Source of the DNA: Pelagomonas calceolata
Lineage: Eukaryota
Reading direction: 5' to 3'
Assembly: GCA_918797485.1 (NCBI GenBank)
Contig: CAKKNE010000004.1
Span: 3,224,001 to 3,288,000, forward strand
DNA: 64,000 nucleotides
Of this stretch, positions 20,628 through 29,233 are shown piece by piece. Position numbers and translations under genes: made by a program. Below the pieces are notes generated by a model. It searched no databases, was not told the origin of the DNA, and was given only the letters and a program-made list of their open reading frames with translations. Position 1 is the stretch's first letter. The number at the start of each line of letters is the position of its first letter.

Positions 20628-21350
20628 ATGCTCCGCGCCATCGCTCTGCTGGGTGCTGCCGGCCGCGCCTTCCAGGCTCCAGCTCTGGGCGTCGCCGCGC
20701 CGCTCTCGCAACGCGCCGCCGCCGCGACCAGTGCCGAGATGACTGATGTAGCTCTCGAGAACCCCACCTGCCGCGACCGCGACTACGCCGGCAACGCGGC
20801 GCGGTACCTCGTCGACCTGCACGAGAAGAAGGCGGTCTTCGACTTTTGCGGCGGCATGATGTTCCAGCTCGTGCTCACCGACGCTCTGGTCGACAAACTC
20901 AAAGGCCCGGACGCGCCGAACGTCGTGATCCACGACGCGTCGACGCGGCGCATGGCGCAGGTGCCAGGGTATGATAAATCCAACTTCGCCGACGACGCGA
21001 CGTTCTTCCACGGCCGCGAGGTCCGCAAAGTGCCGAACGCCGCGGGTGGCATGAATTTTGTGCTGCAGCTGTCCGCCGTCGAGGACAAGGACGGCTGGGT
21101 CGCGGGCGAGCGCGACGGCTACGACGGCTGGGGCCACGACTCGTCGCGCGTCTGGCGCGACGGGAAAAGGTTAGAGGACGAAGGCGTCGCGGGGTTTCGG
21201 GAGCGCTACGGGCCGAATTCCTTCACGCTGAACCACCGCTTCTACCTGCATTTGGATAACACGAACCAGCTCTGGCTCTCGGCCGAGGACGGGTGCGAGG
21301 GGCGGCTCGTCGACCCGGGCGAGAAGAAGAAGCTGTTCGGCCTCTTTTAA
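20628..21350 (+). CDS. Hypothetical protein with bipartite plastid-type leader
   Basis: MLRAIALLGAAGRA-FQAP (ASAFAP-like) followed by a globular region. Confidence 0.75.
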   Translation: MLRAIALLGAAGRAFQAPALGVAAPLSQRAAAATSAEMTDVALENPTCRDRDYAGNAARYLVDLHEKKAVFDFCGGMMFQLVLTDALVDKLKGPDAPNVVIHDASTRRMAQVPGYDKSNFADDATFFHGREVRKVPNAAGGMNFVLQLSAVEDKDGWVAGERDGYDGWGHDSSRVWRDGKRLEDEGVAGFRERYGPNSFTLNHRFYLHLDNTNQLWLSAEDGCEGRLVDPGEKKKLFGLF

Positions 21351-21371
21351 GTTTATCTATAGATACTTAGT

Positions 21372-22133
21372 CTACCAGGCCTTGTTGTGCTCGCCGGGCA
21401 TGAGCTTCTTGCCCTTGCCCTTCAGGGCGGCCACGGCCTTCGTTTTCAGCATTTTGTTCCACCACGCGCCGAGGCCGTCCGGCAGCTCGCTCTCGTCGAC
21501 GGCCGCCGTGAAGGACGAGATCGCGAGCTCGAGGGCCGTGAATAATAAGAAGTCGCTGTAGTTGACGGGCGCGTCGGCCGACGTCACCGCGGCAAAATGC
21601 GTGAGCCACTTCTGCTTGCGGTCGCTCCCGAAGTCGGGCTTCGTGGCCTCGGTGATAAAATCCACGGCGTCGCAACAAATCTGGAGCGCCTTCGCGTCGG
21701 CGGCGGCGTCGGCCGGGGCCAACCCGAGCTCGTGGCCGAGCACGTGACAAATGGCGGGCGTCTGGCTCACGACGACGCCCGACGGCGTCTTTATGGCCGG
21801 GAGCGCGAAGATGCCCTCGGGCTTGTGGGACTGGTCCTTGATCACGTATTTTGTGCCTGCGCGGTGACGGCGTGGTGAGCCGTCCGGGCCTCAGGCCCTC
21901 AGCCGGCGACGGGCCGACGGAGTCACGGCGCCGTCGGCGCGGTCGCGACTGGAGCCGCGCGCCACGGTTGCGACAAATCCACGCCATCGACGCGACATTA
22001 ACAAGCCCGAAGCCGCGTCGATGGCGTATCGTAGGCGCGGGCTCGGACCACTCTCCTCAAAAATGAGCAAAGGGCTTAGGGCTCTCCCATAGAATTCTCC
22101 ACACGCGCCCCAATAATACAGCTCATACGCCAT
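21372..22133 (-). CDS. Glutathione S-transferase; exons 22133-22049 and 21856-21372
   Basis: MAYELYYW...GRA..., FALP, SQTPAI, NYSD; GT-AG intron 21857-22048 gives in-frame ESG-TKYVIKD. Confidence 0.85.
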
Positions 22134-22205
22134 TGCGGTGAGTGAATTGCTGATATTCGCCGCGCAATCCTATAACCACTGGCAGGCCTGTAAAGCAGGT
22201 CTATA

Positions 22206-22225
22206 TATGGTATGGTATGGTATGG
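22206..22225. repeat. (TATGG)4 microsatellite
   Basis: tatggtatggtatggtatgg upstream of GST. Confidence 0.85.
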
Positions 22226-22261
22226 TAGGTGTATGGTCGTCACATCTCATAAAACAACTAC

Positions 22262-23068
22262 TTACCCCGCACACGTCCCAAAAATATCCAGCTCCCACAC
22301 GCTCGTCCCCCACCGCGTCCCCGGCCGCGCGATGTCTAATTTGATCTGGTCGACCGGCGCCATCGAGTTCGAAGAAAGACGATGCAAAATGCGCTGCTTC
22401 GCGGGTCGCGACTCGACAGCAGAAGCGCCGACGGCCAGGCTGACCCAGGCGCCGGTTTTACTCCGCCCTTTGAGAGTGTAATCGCGTGCGAACGCCGACT
22501 CGAACTCGACGTCGATGCGCTCGACGACGCATGTCGCTTCGAGATCCACCAAAAGCCAGTGGGCGCCGGGGATGGGCGCGCCCTGCATGTTTTTGGCCGC
22601 TTGCCATCGATCCTTCAGCCAGTCGTTTTTGAGACCGTTCGTGACGACCGAGGCCTCGCCCAGATTACCTCGCACACTCGCGGTAACTGGTTTATTCCTC
22701 GATATTAACCGCATCTGCTGGTGCGGCGTCGGCGGCCGCGTCAGGTCGATGTAGTGGACGAGGCGCTTTTGCGGAGGCGCCCACTCGTGCGGGTGGGGTA
22801 AATTCGTGTCAAGCGTTGGGGTCGCGATGCGTGGTGGTGGAGGTGGTTCCTCGTCGGCGTCGCGACGGGTGCATGCGAAGACCATCACTGCCAACATGAG
22901 GGCAGCCCCTACTCTCTTCAGGTAGTGGTAGCGCGGCGGCGGCAGCGGTGCCGCCTCCTCGTCCGGGGCGTCGTAGAAGAGACCGTCTTCCTCCTGTTGT
23001 TCCTTGGTCCGTGACCGCATCTTGTACATGCTATTTAGGCTGCCCCAAAGCGCCTCTCTGGCGCGCAT
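22262..23068 (-). CDS. Membrane-anchored F5/8 type C (discoidin/CBM32-like) protein
   Basis: TM segment then RNKPVTAS, HWLLVDL, F..A.ARDY, WGTSVWELDIFG; start uncertain. Confidence 0.75.
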   Translation of the reverse strand: MRAREALWGSLNSMYKMRSRTKEQQEEDGLFYDAPDEEAAPLPPPRYHYLKRVGAALMLAVMVFACTRRDADEEPPPPPRIATPTLDTNLPHPHEWAPPQKRLVHYIDLTRPPTPHQQMRLISRNKPVTASVRGNLGEASVVTNGLKNDWLKDRWQAAKNMQGAPIPGAHWLLVDLEATCVVERIDVEFESAFARDYTLKGRSKTGAWVSLAVGASAVESRPAKQRILHRLSSNSMAPVDQIKLDIARPGTRWGTSVWELDIFGTCAG

Positions 23069-23243
23069 GATTTAACTCGACCCGCGCGCTTGCAGGCGTC
23101 GTCGTCGTTACTTGTTGGAAGGTGTATAGAAGGACTCATGGGCTGTGGGCGTTGTAGTGGTCTCAGCTGTGCGGGTTCTGACCCCGCGCCAAAAATTGAA
23201 TTGGCAGCTTTTGTGGCATTGAATAGCAACTGCACTCAACGCA

Positions 23244-24176
23244 ATGGCCTTCTGCGACGTTACGAACCACCGCAACGACGGCACCGTGCACGGGGCAGCC
23301 CCTGCTAAAAAATTCGGCTGCGGCGACGGCGGCACAAAGCGCTATCACAACGCCTACAACGCCTGCGACCAAAATTACTGGCGTGACGTGCATGGCTACG
23401 ACTCGCGGGACGACGGATGCACGAGGCGCGATGAAGACAGCTACTGCGAGCGTCGGACCCGAGGCTACGACCGGGAGCGCTCGCGCTCGCGCTCGCGATC
23501 ACGGTCGCGATCGCGGTCGCGATCGCAGTCGCGGTCGCCGGTGGTGCGGCCGGCGTCGCCGCCGCCGCGCCAGCCCACGGCTACCCCCAGCACAACTGCT
23601 GCAGCTCTCGTGCACAAGGCGGTGTTGGCAAACGAGTTTCCCGCCAAGGCGTGCCCACTCTCGTACCGGTTGCCGCTCTACGAGAAGATAGCGAAAGAGG
23701 CGGAAGCGGCCGGCGACCAGGCCGGCGCCGATGCACTCCGCCAGGAGTGTAAGGACTGCTGCCGTAAGACAAAAAACAAGTTTCTGTCGGACAAGGCGCT
23801 GTTTTCGCACCTCGGAGCTAACTCGGACGACAATCATTTCTTCCACGGCATCGCCTTACAGGCCATGGCGCAACGAATTGCGGAGGGCCCACTCGGCCCG
23901 AAAGGAGAAAGTCACTTGTTTCCCTCGACGAACGTATCGGCGCAGAACATCAGGAACAGATTTCCGGAACTCATGATGATGCGGGCTCGCCGGGCACGCC
24001 TTGCATCCGCGACGACGCACAAATGCACGTCACAAATGCGTGGCAGGTCGGGATTATCCGCGACGACGCCACAAATGCAGTGGCGGGCCGCCACCGACGC
24101 GCTGGGCCGCACCTACTACTACAGTAGCACGGGCCAGACGAGCTGGACGCGGCCGACCGGTCTCGTCACACCATAA
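23244..24176 (+). CDS. RS-repeat protein with C-terminal WW domain
   Basis: RSRSRS tract and WRAATDALGRTYYYSSTGQTSWTRP. Confidence 0.6.
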   Translation: MAFCDVTNHRNDGTVHGAAPAKKFGCGDGGTKRYHNAYNACDQNYWRDVHGYDSRDDGCTRRDEDSYCERRTRGYDRERSRSRSRSRSRSRSRSQSRSPVVRPASPPPRQPTATPSTTAAALVHKAVLANEFPAKACPLSYRLPLYEKIAKEAEAAGDQAGADALRQECKDCCRKTKNKFLSDKALFSHLGANSDDNHFFHGIALQAMAQRIAEGPLGPKGESHLFPSTNVSAQNIRNRFPELMMMRARRARLASATTHKCTSQMRGRSGLSATTPQMQWRAATDALGRTYYYSSTGQTSWTRPTGLVTP

Positions 24177-24339
24177 TCTCGTGGGCGCACGCGCAGATTT
24201 TGTAAGAGGAGCGCGCACGCTGTAGCGTGGCTCGCCCCCACGCCTCGCCCCCCATTCCCCAAGAAGTAAGTGCAAAGAAAACTATAAAAAGGACTCTCTT
24301 GCACTAGTGTATTTTTGTTACGGTGAAGGCCTCTGGCCC

Positions 24340-24364
24340 GCTAGCGGAACGTAAAGACACTAGC
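24340..24364 (-). promoter_or_regulatory. CTAG-N15-CTAG element copy
   Basis: gctagcggaacgtaaagacactagc upstream of ATG 24508. Confidence 0.75.
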
Positions 24365-24507
24365 AAGCTGCCACACGAGCGGCTGCTCAGCGTTGTACGT
24401 GACTGACTGGACAGCACCAACTACCGAGCAGTAGTGCAGCCGAAGACGCTTCGGCGCAGCGAGATCCAGCGCTAGCGATTGCACCCGTGACAACCTGAAA
24501 CCTGACC

Positions 24508-25323
24508 ATGCCCTCCCACCTGCAGCCTCTCCTCGTCGTCGCATTGATCGCATTCGTGCCCGCGGCGACCGCACTAGTGGTCGGAGGCATCGACATCCCA
24601 CATGCAAAAGTATCACCCACGTCCCGAGCATTAGAGGACCAGACCTACCCCGACAGGTGGCCCTTCGACGCTCGGGATTTAACGCCGCAGGACCCGAGCG
24701 ACGACCAGCTCTTTTATCTCATCCCGAAATTCGTGCAGCATGCGGGAGCGGAATGCAGGGAGTCACTGACAAAGTACTACGGCTGCGTCCTGCCGGATAA
24801 TGGTGATGTGCTGGATTTGTGCAGCTCCTGGACGTCGCACTACCCCAAAAACTACAAAGCGAAGCGCTGCGCCGCGCTCGGGTTGAATGCGTTGGAGCTC
24901 CTCGCGAACCCCGCGAAGACCGAATGGACCGTGCGGAACCTCAACAAGGACCCGACTTTACCTTATGATGATAATAGCTTCGACGTCGTCACGAACAGCC
25001 TGTCGGCGGACTACCTCACGAGCCCCCTCGAGGTGTTCAAAGAAATCAGGCGCGTGCTCAAGCCGGGCGGCCTCGCGGCGATGGCGTTTACAAATAGATG
25101 TTTTCCCTCGAAAGTAGTCCCGTGCTGGACGCGGCCCTTCACGGAGCCGTCGCACGCGCGCATCATCGCTTCTTATTATCATTATGCGGGCTTCGATGAT
25201 GATGATATATCGGTGGTGGACGTGTCGCCCGACGGCTGGGTGGGCCAGCGCGATCCCATGGTCGTCGTCCAAGCGCGGAAAGCGCCGGCCGACCGGTTGG
25301 GGAGCCTCGAGGCGCTGGCGTAA
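24508..25323 (+). CDS. SAM-dependent methyltransferase (type 11), signal peptide
   Basis: VLDLCSSWTSH, LPYDDNSFDVV, S.DYLT.P..VF.EI.RVLKPGG, FTNRCFP. Confidence 0.9.
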   Translation: MPSHLQPLLVVALIAFVPAATALVVGGIDIPHAKVSPTSRALEDQTYPDRWPFDARDLTPQDPSDDQLFYLIPKFVQHAGAECRESLTKYYGCVLPDNGDVLDLCSSWTSHYPKNYKAKRCAALGLNALELLANPAKTEWTVRNLNKDPTLPYDDNSFDVVTNSLSADYLTSPLEVFKEIRRVLKPGGLAAMAFTNRCFPSKVVPCWTRPFTEPSHARIIASYYHYAGFDDDDISVVDVSPDGWVGQRDPMVVVQARKAPADRLGSLEALA

Positions 25324-25382
25324 GTATTTGTTGTGAAACTGCACACGGGACGCGTCTTAGGCGGGGGGAGGGAGGAAACAGA

Positions 25383-25979
25383 CTAGCCCTTCATGGTCTT
25401 GCCCGGCGGCAGCGCGCGCGAGGCGAAGCCGTGGAACGAGAGCCGCGCGGACAACTCCGGCGGCCCGCCGTCCTTGCCCTTGGTCCACTGGTAGAGCTCC
25501 GTGTTCGCGCGCGACTCCTTGTCCGTGACGACGGTCGTCTGGCCGTGGGCCCAGCCGACCTTGAAGTTCGTGATGCCGTTCCGTTCTTCCTCGGGCACGT
25601 TCAGCACGACGCATTTTATGGAGGCGGGCACGTAGGTCTTGGGCGGGCCGTCGTCCTTCTTCACCGCTCTCTGAGGCTCGGCGGGCTCGAAGCAGGCCTC
25701 GTAGTCGTCGCAGCGCGGGACCGGGCCGCCTCTCACGCCCTGGGGCAGGACCTCGACGCACTTCGCACTCAACCAACCATTGAGCGGCTCCGTGACGCGG
25801 CAGCGGCCTATTTTGGTCCCGTCGCCCTTCAGGTGGAAGCCCGACTCCCACACCCGCACCTCGGCGCCCGTCGGCAACTCTCCTATTAACTCAGAGTCGA
25901 GGGCGCGGCCCGCGCGGACGACGGCGCCCTGGTTCGCCTTGACTCGACATAGGTGGCCGCACCAGGCCTCGGCGACCAT
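25383..25979 (-). CDS. Hypothetical protein with SH3b-like N-terminal region; 5'-UTR intron 25994-26258 inferred
   Basis: MVAEAW...AVVRAGRALDSELIGELPTGAEVRV...RCRVTEPLNGWLS; upstream AG|GTGAGC donor and CGCGCAG| acceptor. Confidence 0.65.
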   Translation of the reverse strand: MVAEAWCGHLCRVKANQGAVVRAGRALDSELIGELPTGAEVRVWESGFHLKGDGTKIGRCRVTEPLNGWLSAKCVEVLPQGVRGGPVPRCDDYEACFEPAEPQRAVKKDDGPPKTYVPASIKCVVLNVPEEERNGITNFKVGWAHGQTTVVTDKESRANTELYQWTKGKDGGPPELSARLSFHGFASRALPPGKTMKG

Positions 25980-26017
25980 CGTTGACGTGGTACCTGCGCG
26001 CGGCGCCGCGTCGCGTA

Positions 26018-26088
26018 AACCGCCCGAGGGAATCGAACCCCCACTGCGCGGGCTAAAGCCACGAGTCCTCCCATTAGACCAGAGCGGT
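26018..26088 (-). tRNA. tRNA gene with TTA anticodon (putative ochre suppressor; Glu/Gln-like body)
   Basis: Reverse complement folds as ACCGCTC TG GTCT AATGGGA GGAC T CGTGG CT-TTA-GC CCGCG CAGT GGGGG TTCGATT CCCTC GGGCGGT T: all four stems pair, with T8, A14, G18G19, T33, TTCG and A15-T48 present. Confidence 0.85.
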
Positions 26089-26411
26089 CGTGGACGCCGG
26101 CGCGGCGCCTCAGTCTCGTCACGACGACTGCGGAGGCGACAGCTTTGCCTGTGGGGAATGGGGTCTGGCGCTGCGCTTTTGATGCGCGCGGCGACGGCGT
26201 GGTGGCTGCCCTCTCTTTGGCGGTGCGCGCGTCGATTACGAGACACGCGTTAGCTCACCTATGCACTGCACAGCGAGGAATGCCACCACAAACAAAGTGG
26301 CCTCTTGCAAACGAGTTCGGGTTTTGCGCGTGACCACCGAGCTCTGCCGCCACGTAGGACTCCTCCTGATGCACAGCAGAATGATGCCTAACGGACGCAT
26401 CCCGGGAAGTG

Positions 26412-26435
26412 GCTAGTGTCTTACAGGCCGCTAGC
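26412..26435 (+). promoter_or_regulatory. CTAG-N14-CTAG element, consensus copy
   Basis: gctagtgtcttacaggccgctagc between divergent transcription units. Confidence 0.85.
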
Positions 26436-26608
26436 GGATTATATGCTCTCCGCGCGCTCGAGAGAGAAAGCGGCTCACGGGTGCATTTCAGACGCGCTCA
26501 CGCTGTAGACCAGTAGCTGAGACTGCCACCCAGCACTCCAGCAAAAAAATCCGCTCCGCGCGGCGCTCAGCACGAGCAACAGCCTCGATCCACCCGCAGC
26601 GAAACGCC

Positions 26609-28312
26609 ATGGCCGAGATCACCGTCGGTTCAGAAGTAGAGAAGAAGTTCCCGGGCTACGGTGTTTATCAGGGCACCGTCGAATCCATTGATGGTGATAC
26701 GTGCCTCGTGCGGTGGCGCTGCGCCGAGCCCGAGGAACCCACGACTTTAACACTGGCCGAGGCCGCCAAGTGCCTCGTCACCAAGCACAAATCACCCCCA
26801 TCGAAGAAGAAAGCCACGAAGAAGCCCGCGCCCAAGCGCGCCCCACCCACTGATGATGAAAAACCGTCAAAGAAGACGAAGAAGGACCCGCCCAACGCGG
26901 CAGCGCTCGCGAACGCGCCGGGCGACGCGAGCTGTGCGGCCGAGGTGCGCACGGGCCTCAAGAAGGTTGAGGCTTATGCCCAGAACTGGTTGAGCAAGCA
27001 CAAGAAGGATGACGCGCCTTCGGGAAGTGAGGTCGTCGAGATGTTGAAATTGCTCAATGGGAAATGGCCGACGCAGGCCCGGCCGAACGTGACGGACACC
27101 GGAAGACCGGTGCCGGGCATGTGCGCCGGGTTGGTGTTCGCTCTAGGGCAAGGTGCTCGCACGTCGCTGATCTCGACCAATCATCCCCAGATGACGAAAT
27201 TTCTGGTCAAGTGGTGCCGGGCGACGCTCCCGAAGACGAAGAAGGGCGCGGAGTTCCCCTTCTCGTCGCTGCAGGTCAATTATAATTATGCGGTGCGATG
27301 CCGCGTATCTTACCGTCGCGTCGATGGCGTCCACCGTTGACACGCGCAGGCCAAGAAACATGTTGATGGGAATAATATAGGACCGTCCTACATCATCTCG
27401 CTAGGGAAACACACGGGCGGCAACCTCTGGACGGCGGACCAAGGTATCATCGAGTGCCACGACCAGTGGAAATTGTTCGACGGGAATACCGAGCACTACA
27501 CGACGCCCTTCAAAGGTGAAAGGATTTCATTTATAGCCTTCGCCCACGAGCAGTACAACAAGCTCGAAGCTCCAATCGCGAAGAACTTACAAAGCTTAGG
27601 CTTCACGGCGGCGCGGTCGGATCGAAAGGATCTGGAATTCTTCGCTCGGTTTCGGATTGAGCGTAGTTACTTGACGGAGGAACACAACGCCAAGTTCAAG
27701 GCCGAGCTCAAGAAGCGCGCGCAGAAAAGCGCGCCGGCCTCGACGCTCAAGCTGCATGATGTGGCGGTTGAGTGCTATGGCAGGCAGGCGGACCGGGGCG
27801 GCGGCTGGATGGCGTTCCACGGTATTAATGGTGTGGAGACGTTGCAACTCACCCCGAACAGTGTGGGCATTTGGTGCGCGGAGCTCAAATTTGTTGATGG
27901 CAAGCTCGCGTTAGTTTCGCACAAGCGGTTGGACTTCTATAATAAGAGAGAAAAAGCCACCGCCGAGTTCCAGAAGCAAGTCGAGAAGATGAAGGACGGC
28001 ACGCCCGTGTTACTCGGTATTGCTGATACGGCCTGCGCCGCGTCGCGGCCGTTGGGCCAAGGTTTGTATAATGCGCTCTACAAGCTCGGCGCGCCCAAGG
28101 ACATGCCCAAGATCGAGTACCGGGCGGCCTGGGCCTTTATTGGCTATAAAGGAGCGAAGGCTGGTACGGCGCAACACGCCATGGGCACGCGGTCCACTCT
28201 ATTGAGATTGGACGCGTCGATCCCGAAGAAAGGGTCCCTGGTGAAGAAGGACGTCGACAACACGTCGATCATCGACGTCTGCATCGGCACGGGCCAGGAC
28301 TCTGCCAAATAA
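26609..28312 (+). CDS. Tudor + TET/JBP-like 2OG-Fe(II) dioxygenase + ILEI-like domain protein; exons 26609-27292 and 27350-28312
   Basis: GT-AG intron 27293-27349 gives LQVNYNYA-AKKHVDGNNIGPSYIISLGKHTGGNLW...LFDGNTEHYTTPFKGERISFIAF (HxD..H..RxS); N-term VGSEVEKKFPGYG; C-term LG.....IEYRAAWAFIGYKG. Confidence 0.75.
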
Positions 28313-28403
28313 GTATCTAGTAACAAGCAGGTAGTTTACTTAGCGCGGAGCGTCGGCTCCGTGCGACACGATGTTGCGCCTGGGGCGCGAACACAACACA
28401 AAA

Positions 28404-28823
28404 TCAGGTGGAGGGCTTCGCCAGGCTCCACTTCGAGGCGGAAGCGCGCGACTCCGTCAGAGGGCTCACCACTGGTTGCTCGATGTCGAAGCTCACGGCG
28501 CGGACCCTCGTGTCCTCGGGCACGGCCTCCACGGGCGCCACGGGCTTGGCGTGGCGCGACGCCGAGAGCTCGTCTTCTGGGCCCTCCTTCGACTCCTCGT
28601 CGAGGACAGCGTCTACTTCTATCGGCTTCTCCTCGGGCTCGGCGAGCGTCGTCCGCTTCGATTTCAGGCACGCCGCGACGGCGCAGCAGACGATGGCCAG
28701 GACGACCAGTAAAGAGGTCGTGGCGCGGCTCCGGCCGCCGCGGGAGGCCGCGTGGTGGACGGCCGTGGCGTTGTGCGCCGCGGCCACTGCCAGGCAGAGC
28801 GCTGCCCTGATGTGGATCGTCAT
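28404..28823 (-). CDS. Small single-pass membrane protein
   Basis: Signal peptide plus TM SLLVVLAIVCCAVAACL, acidic tail. Confidence 0.55.
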   Translation of the reverse strand: MTIHIRAALCLAVAAAHNATAVHHAASRGGRSRATTSLLVVLAIVCCAVAACLKSKRTTLAEPEEKPIEVDAVLDEESKEGPEDELSASRHAKPVAPVEAVPEDTRVRAVSFDIEQPVVSPLTESRASASKWSLAKPST

Positions 28824-29233
28824 ACCGCCGACCGGGGCTGCCGTTCACGGGCCAACGTGTTCGAAATAATACATGGTACCGTGTTCGCGAAGCCCTTTTC
28901 GCGTCTGTCACCGTGCTTGCGCGCAGCGCAGATGACAACAGGTCTGTGATTCTGCAGACCTTCGTCAAGCGCGCTGCAGTCTCGGTGCGGCACGGTAATC
29001 GTGCGATGCCTCGAGGGCATGCGTGCAACGTTGCGCGTGGATGCTTGCTTGGACGGGGCCTAGCGGAGTGAGGCACTAGCCAGGGAGAGGACGCAAGTTT
29101 CAAATCCTTACGTCGGCCCATCGGGAGCTCTGTGCACGTCGGTGCGCTCGCAGACAGTTGCTCATTACGGCTGCATCGCCTGCTCTCGCCGACAGCCGGC
29201 GATAGCGCACCACTGTGCTGCTGCATTGGCAAA

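Noticed and set aside
25980..26246. N-terminal extension of the 25383-26246 ORF
   Set aside because: It runs through the tRNA and a probable intron; the ATG at 25979 is the more plausible start
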